Shown piece after piece: positions 34,386 to 35,624 of a stretch of 35,624 nucleotides of DNA (position 1 is the first letter of the stretch; each line of letters starts with the position of its first letter). The notes below the pieces were generated by a model. The model did no database searches. It saw only the letters and a list, made by a program, of their open reading frames with translations, and was not told where the DNA came from. Source of the stretch: Octopus sinensis (Eukaryota); NCBI RefSeq assembly GCF_006345805.1, contig NW_021828072.1, positions 1 to 35,624 of the forward strand, in the 5' to 3' direction. The position numbers were made by a program, and so were the translations under genes.

Positions 34386-35435
34386 TTCCATTTTCGATGC
34401 ACGCACAAATATAGTTGAACAATGTACATGGAAAAAAGACAAGTATAGATCAATGTCTATAAAATATTTCGGTGGAAATTCTCCTGTTCAAATTCCGCAG
34501 AGATCGACTTTTGCCTTTCTACATTTCGGGGTCAATAAAATAAAGTTTGTGTTAAACAGTGGAGTCATGTAATTCCATTTTCGATGCACGCACGACATGA
34601 TAAGATCAAGATTAGGAACGGCAAATAAGACATAGAAACAACACAACGAACATAGTCTGTTAGATATTGTTGTCCGCCAATCTATATCACATCACTAACA
34701 CGATACCACACCAAAACAAGCCTAATTACGAACTAGTGAAATAGTATATATAGTTGAACAATGTATATGGAAAAAAGACAAGTATAGATCAATGTCTATA
34801 AAATATTTCGGTGGAAATTCTCCTGTTCAATTCCGCAGAGATCGACTTTTGCCTTTCAACATTTCGGGGTCAATAAAATAAAGTTTTTGTTAAACAGTGG
34901 AGTCATGTAATTCCATTTTCGATGCACGCACAAATATAGTTGAACAATGTATATGGAAAAAAGACAAGTATAGATCAATGTCTATAAAATATTTCGGTGG
35001 AAATTCTCCTGTTCAAATTCCGCAGAGATCGACTTTTGCCTTTCTACATTTCGGGGTCAATAAAATAAAGTTTTTGTTAAACAGTGGAGTCATGTAATTC
35101 CATTTTCGATGCACGTACGACATGATAAGATCAACATTAGGAACGGCAAATAAGACATAGAAACAACACAACGAACATAGTCTGTTAGATATTGTTGTCC
35201 GCCAATCTATATCACATCACTAACACGATACCACATCAAAACAGGCCTAATTATGAACTAGTGAAATAGTATATATAGTTGAACAATGTATATGGAAAAA
35301 AGACAAGTATAGATCAATGTCTATAAAATATTTCGGCGGAAATTCTCCTGTTCAAATTCCGCAGAGATCGACTTTTGCCTTTCTACATTTCGGGGTCAAT
35401 AAAATAAAGTTTGTGTTAAACAGTGGAGTTATGTA
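34386..35435. repeat. Higher-order tandem repeat: two 525-bp units, each holding two copies of a 160-187-bp subunit that contains a decayed SINE B core
   Basis: ttccattttcgatgcacg at 34386, 34573, 34911 and 35098 (period 525). The subunit contains gttcaaattccgcagagatcgacttttgcctttctacatttcggggtcaataaa. Confidence 0.88.
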
Positions 35436-35569
35436 ATCGACCTCCATGTCCACGACATTGAAACCAATATTATAAAATGAAAAAATAAAACAATAAAATA
35501 AAAAATGGAAATAAACTTAATTAAATGAAAAAAGGTAATATAAAAAGAAGACAGGATAAAGACTATGTA

Positions 35570-35624
35570 CGAGGGACGTTCAATAAGTAATGCCCCTGAC
35601 CCACTTGCAGTTGTTTGATCTAGC
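35570..35624 (+). mobile_element. Left TIR of a second mariner of the 5640-6199 family, running off the window
   Basis: ta|cgagggacgttcaataagtaatgcccctgacccacttgcagttgtttgatctagc. Confidence 0.85.

Noticed and set aside
23032-35624. Meis first coding exon (MAQR-type)
   Set aside because: A manual scan for the reverse complement of ATG GCN CAR (AGR/CGN) followed by GT found no match. It is probably beyond the window, though a divergent or error-containing exon could be missed.

Overview
AT-rich, repeat-saturated animal genomic DNA. The SINE families match what I recall as octopus (coleoid cephalopod) repeats; that species call is an inference. The only host gene is a Meis/homothorax TALE-homeobox gene on the minus strand. 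I rebuilt five coding exons by hand: 22817-23031, 16700-16841, 14310-14359, 5495-5545 and 2234-2389. They encode the N-terminus and the whole MEINOX/HM (Pbx-binding) domain. The first exon and the homeodomain exons were not found and probably lie outside the window. Two exons (14310-14359 and 2234-2389) carry 1-nt indels and one lacks its acceptor AG; consensus errors are the likeliest cause, but a damaged allele or copy cannot be excluded. The introns hold three tRNA-derived SINE families, CR1-, RTE- and R4/Dong-clade LINE fragments, non-autonomous piggyBac, mariner and Helitron elements, an unclassified TIR element, large microsatellites and many local tandem duplications. I found no CRISPR array, true tRNA/rRNA gene or clearly new biological system. 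The best leads are the Meis splice/frameshift anomalies, a nested (TAA)n-associated retroelement cluster, inverted SINE pairs in the pre-mRNA, and recurrent dimeric tandem amplifications.
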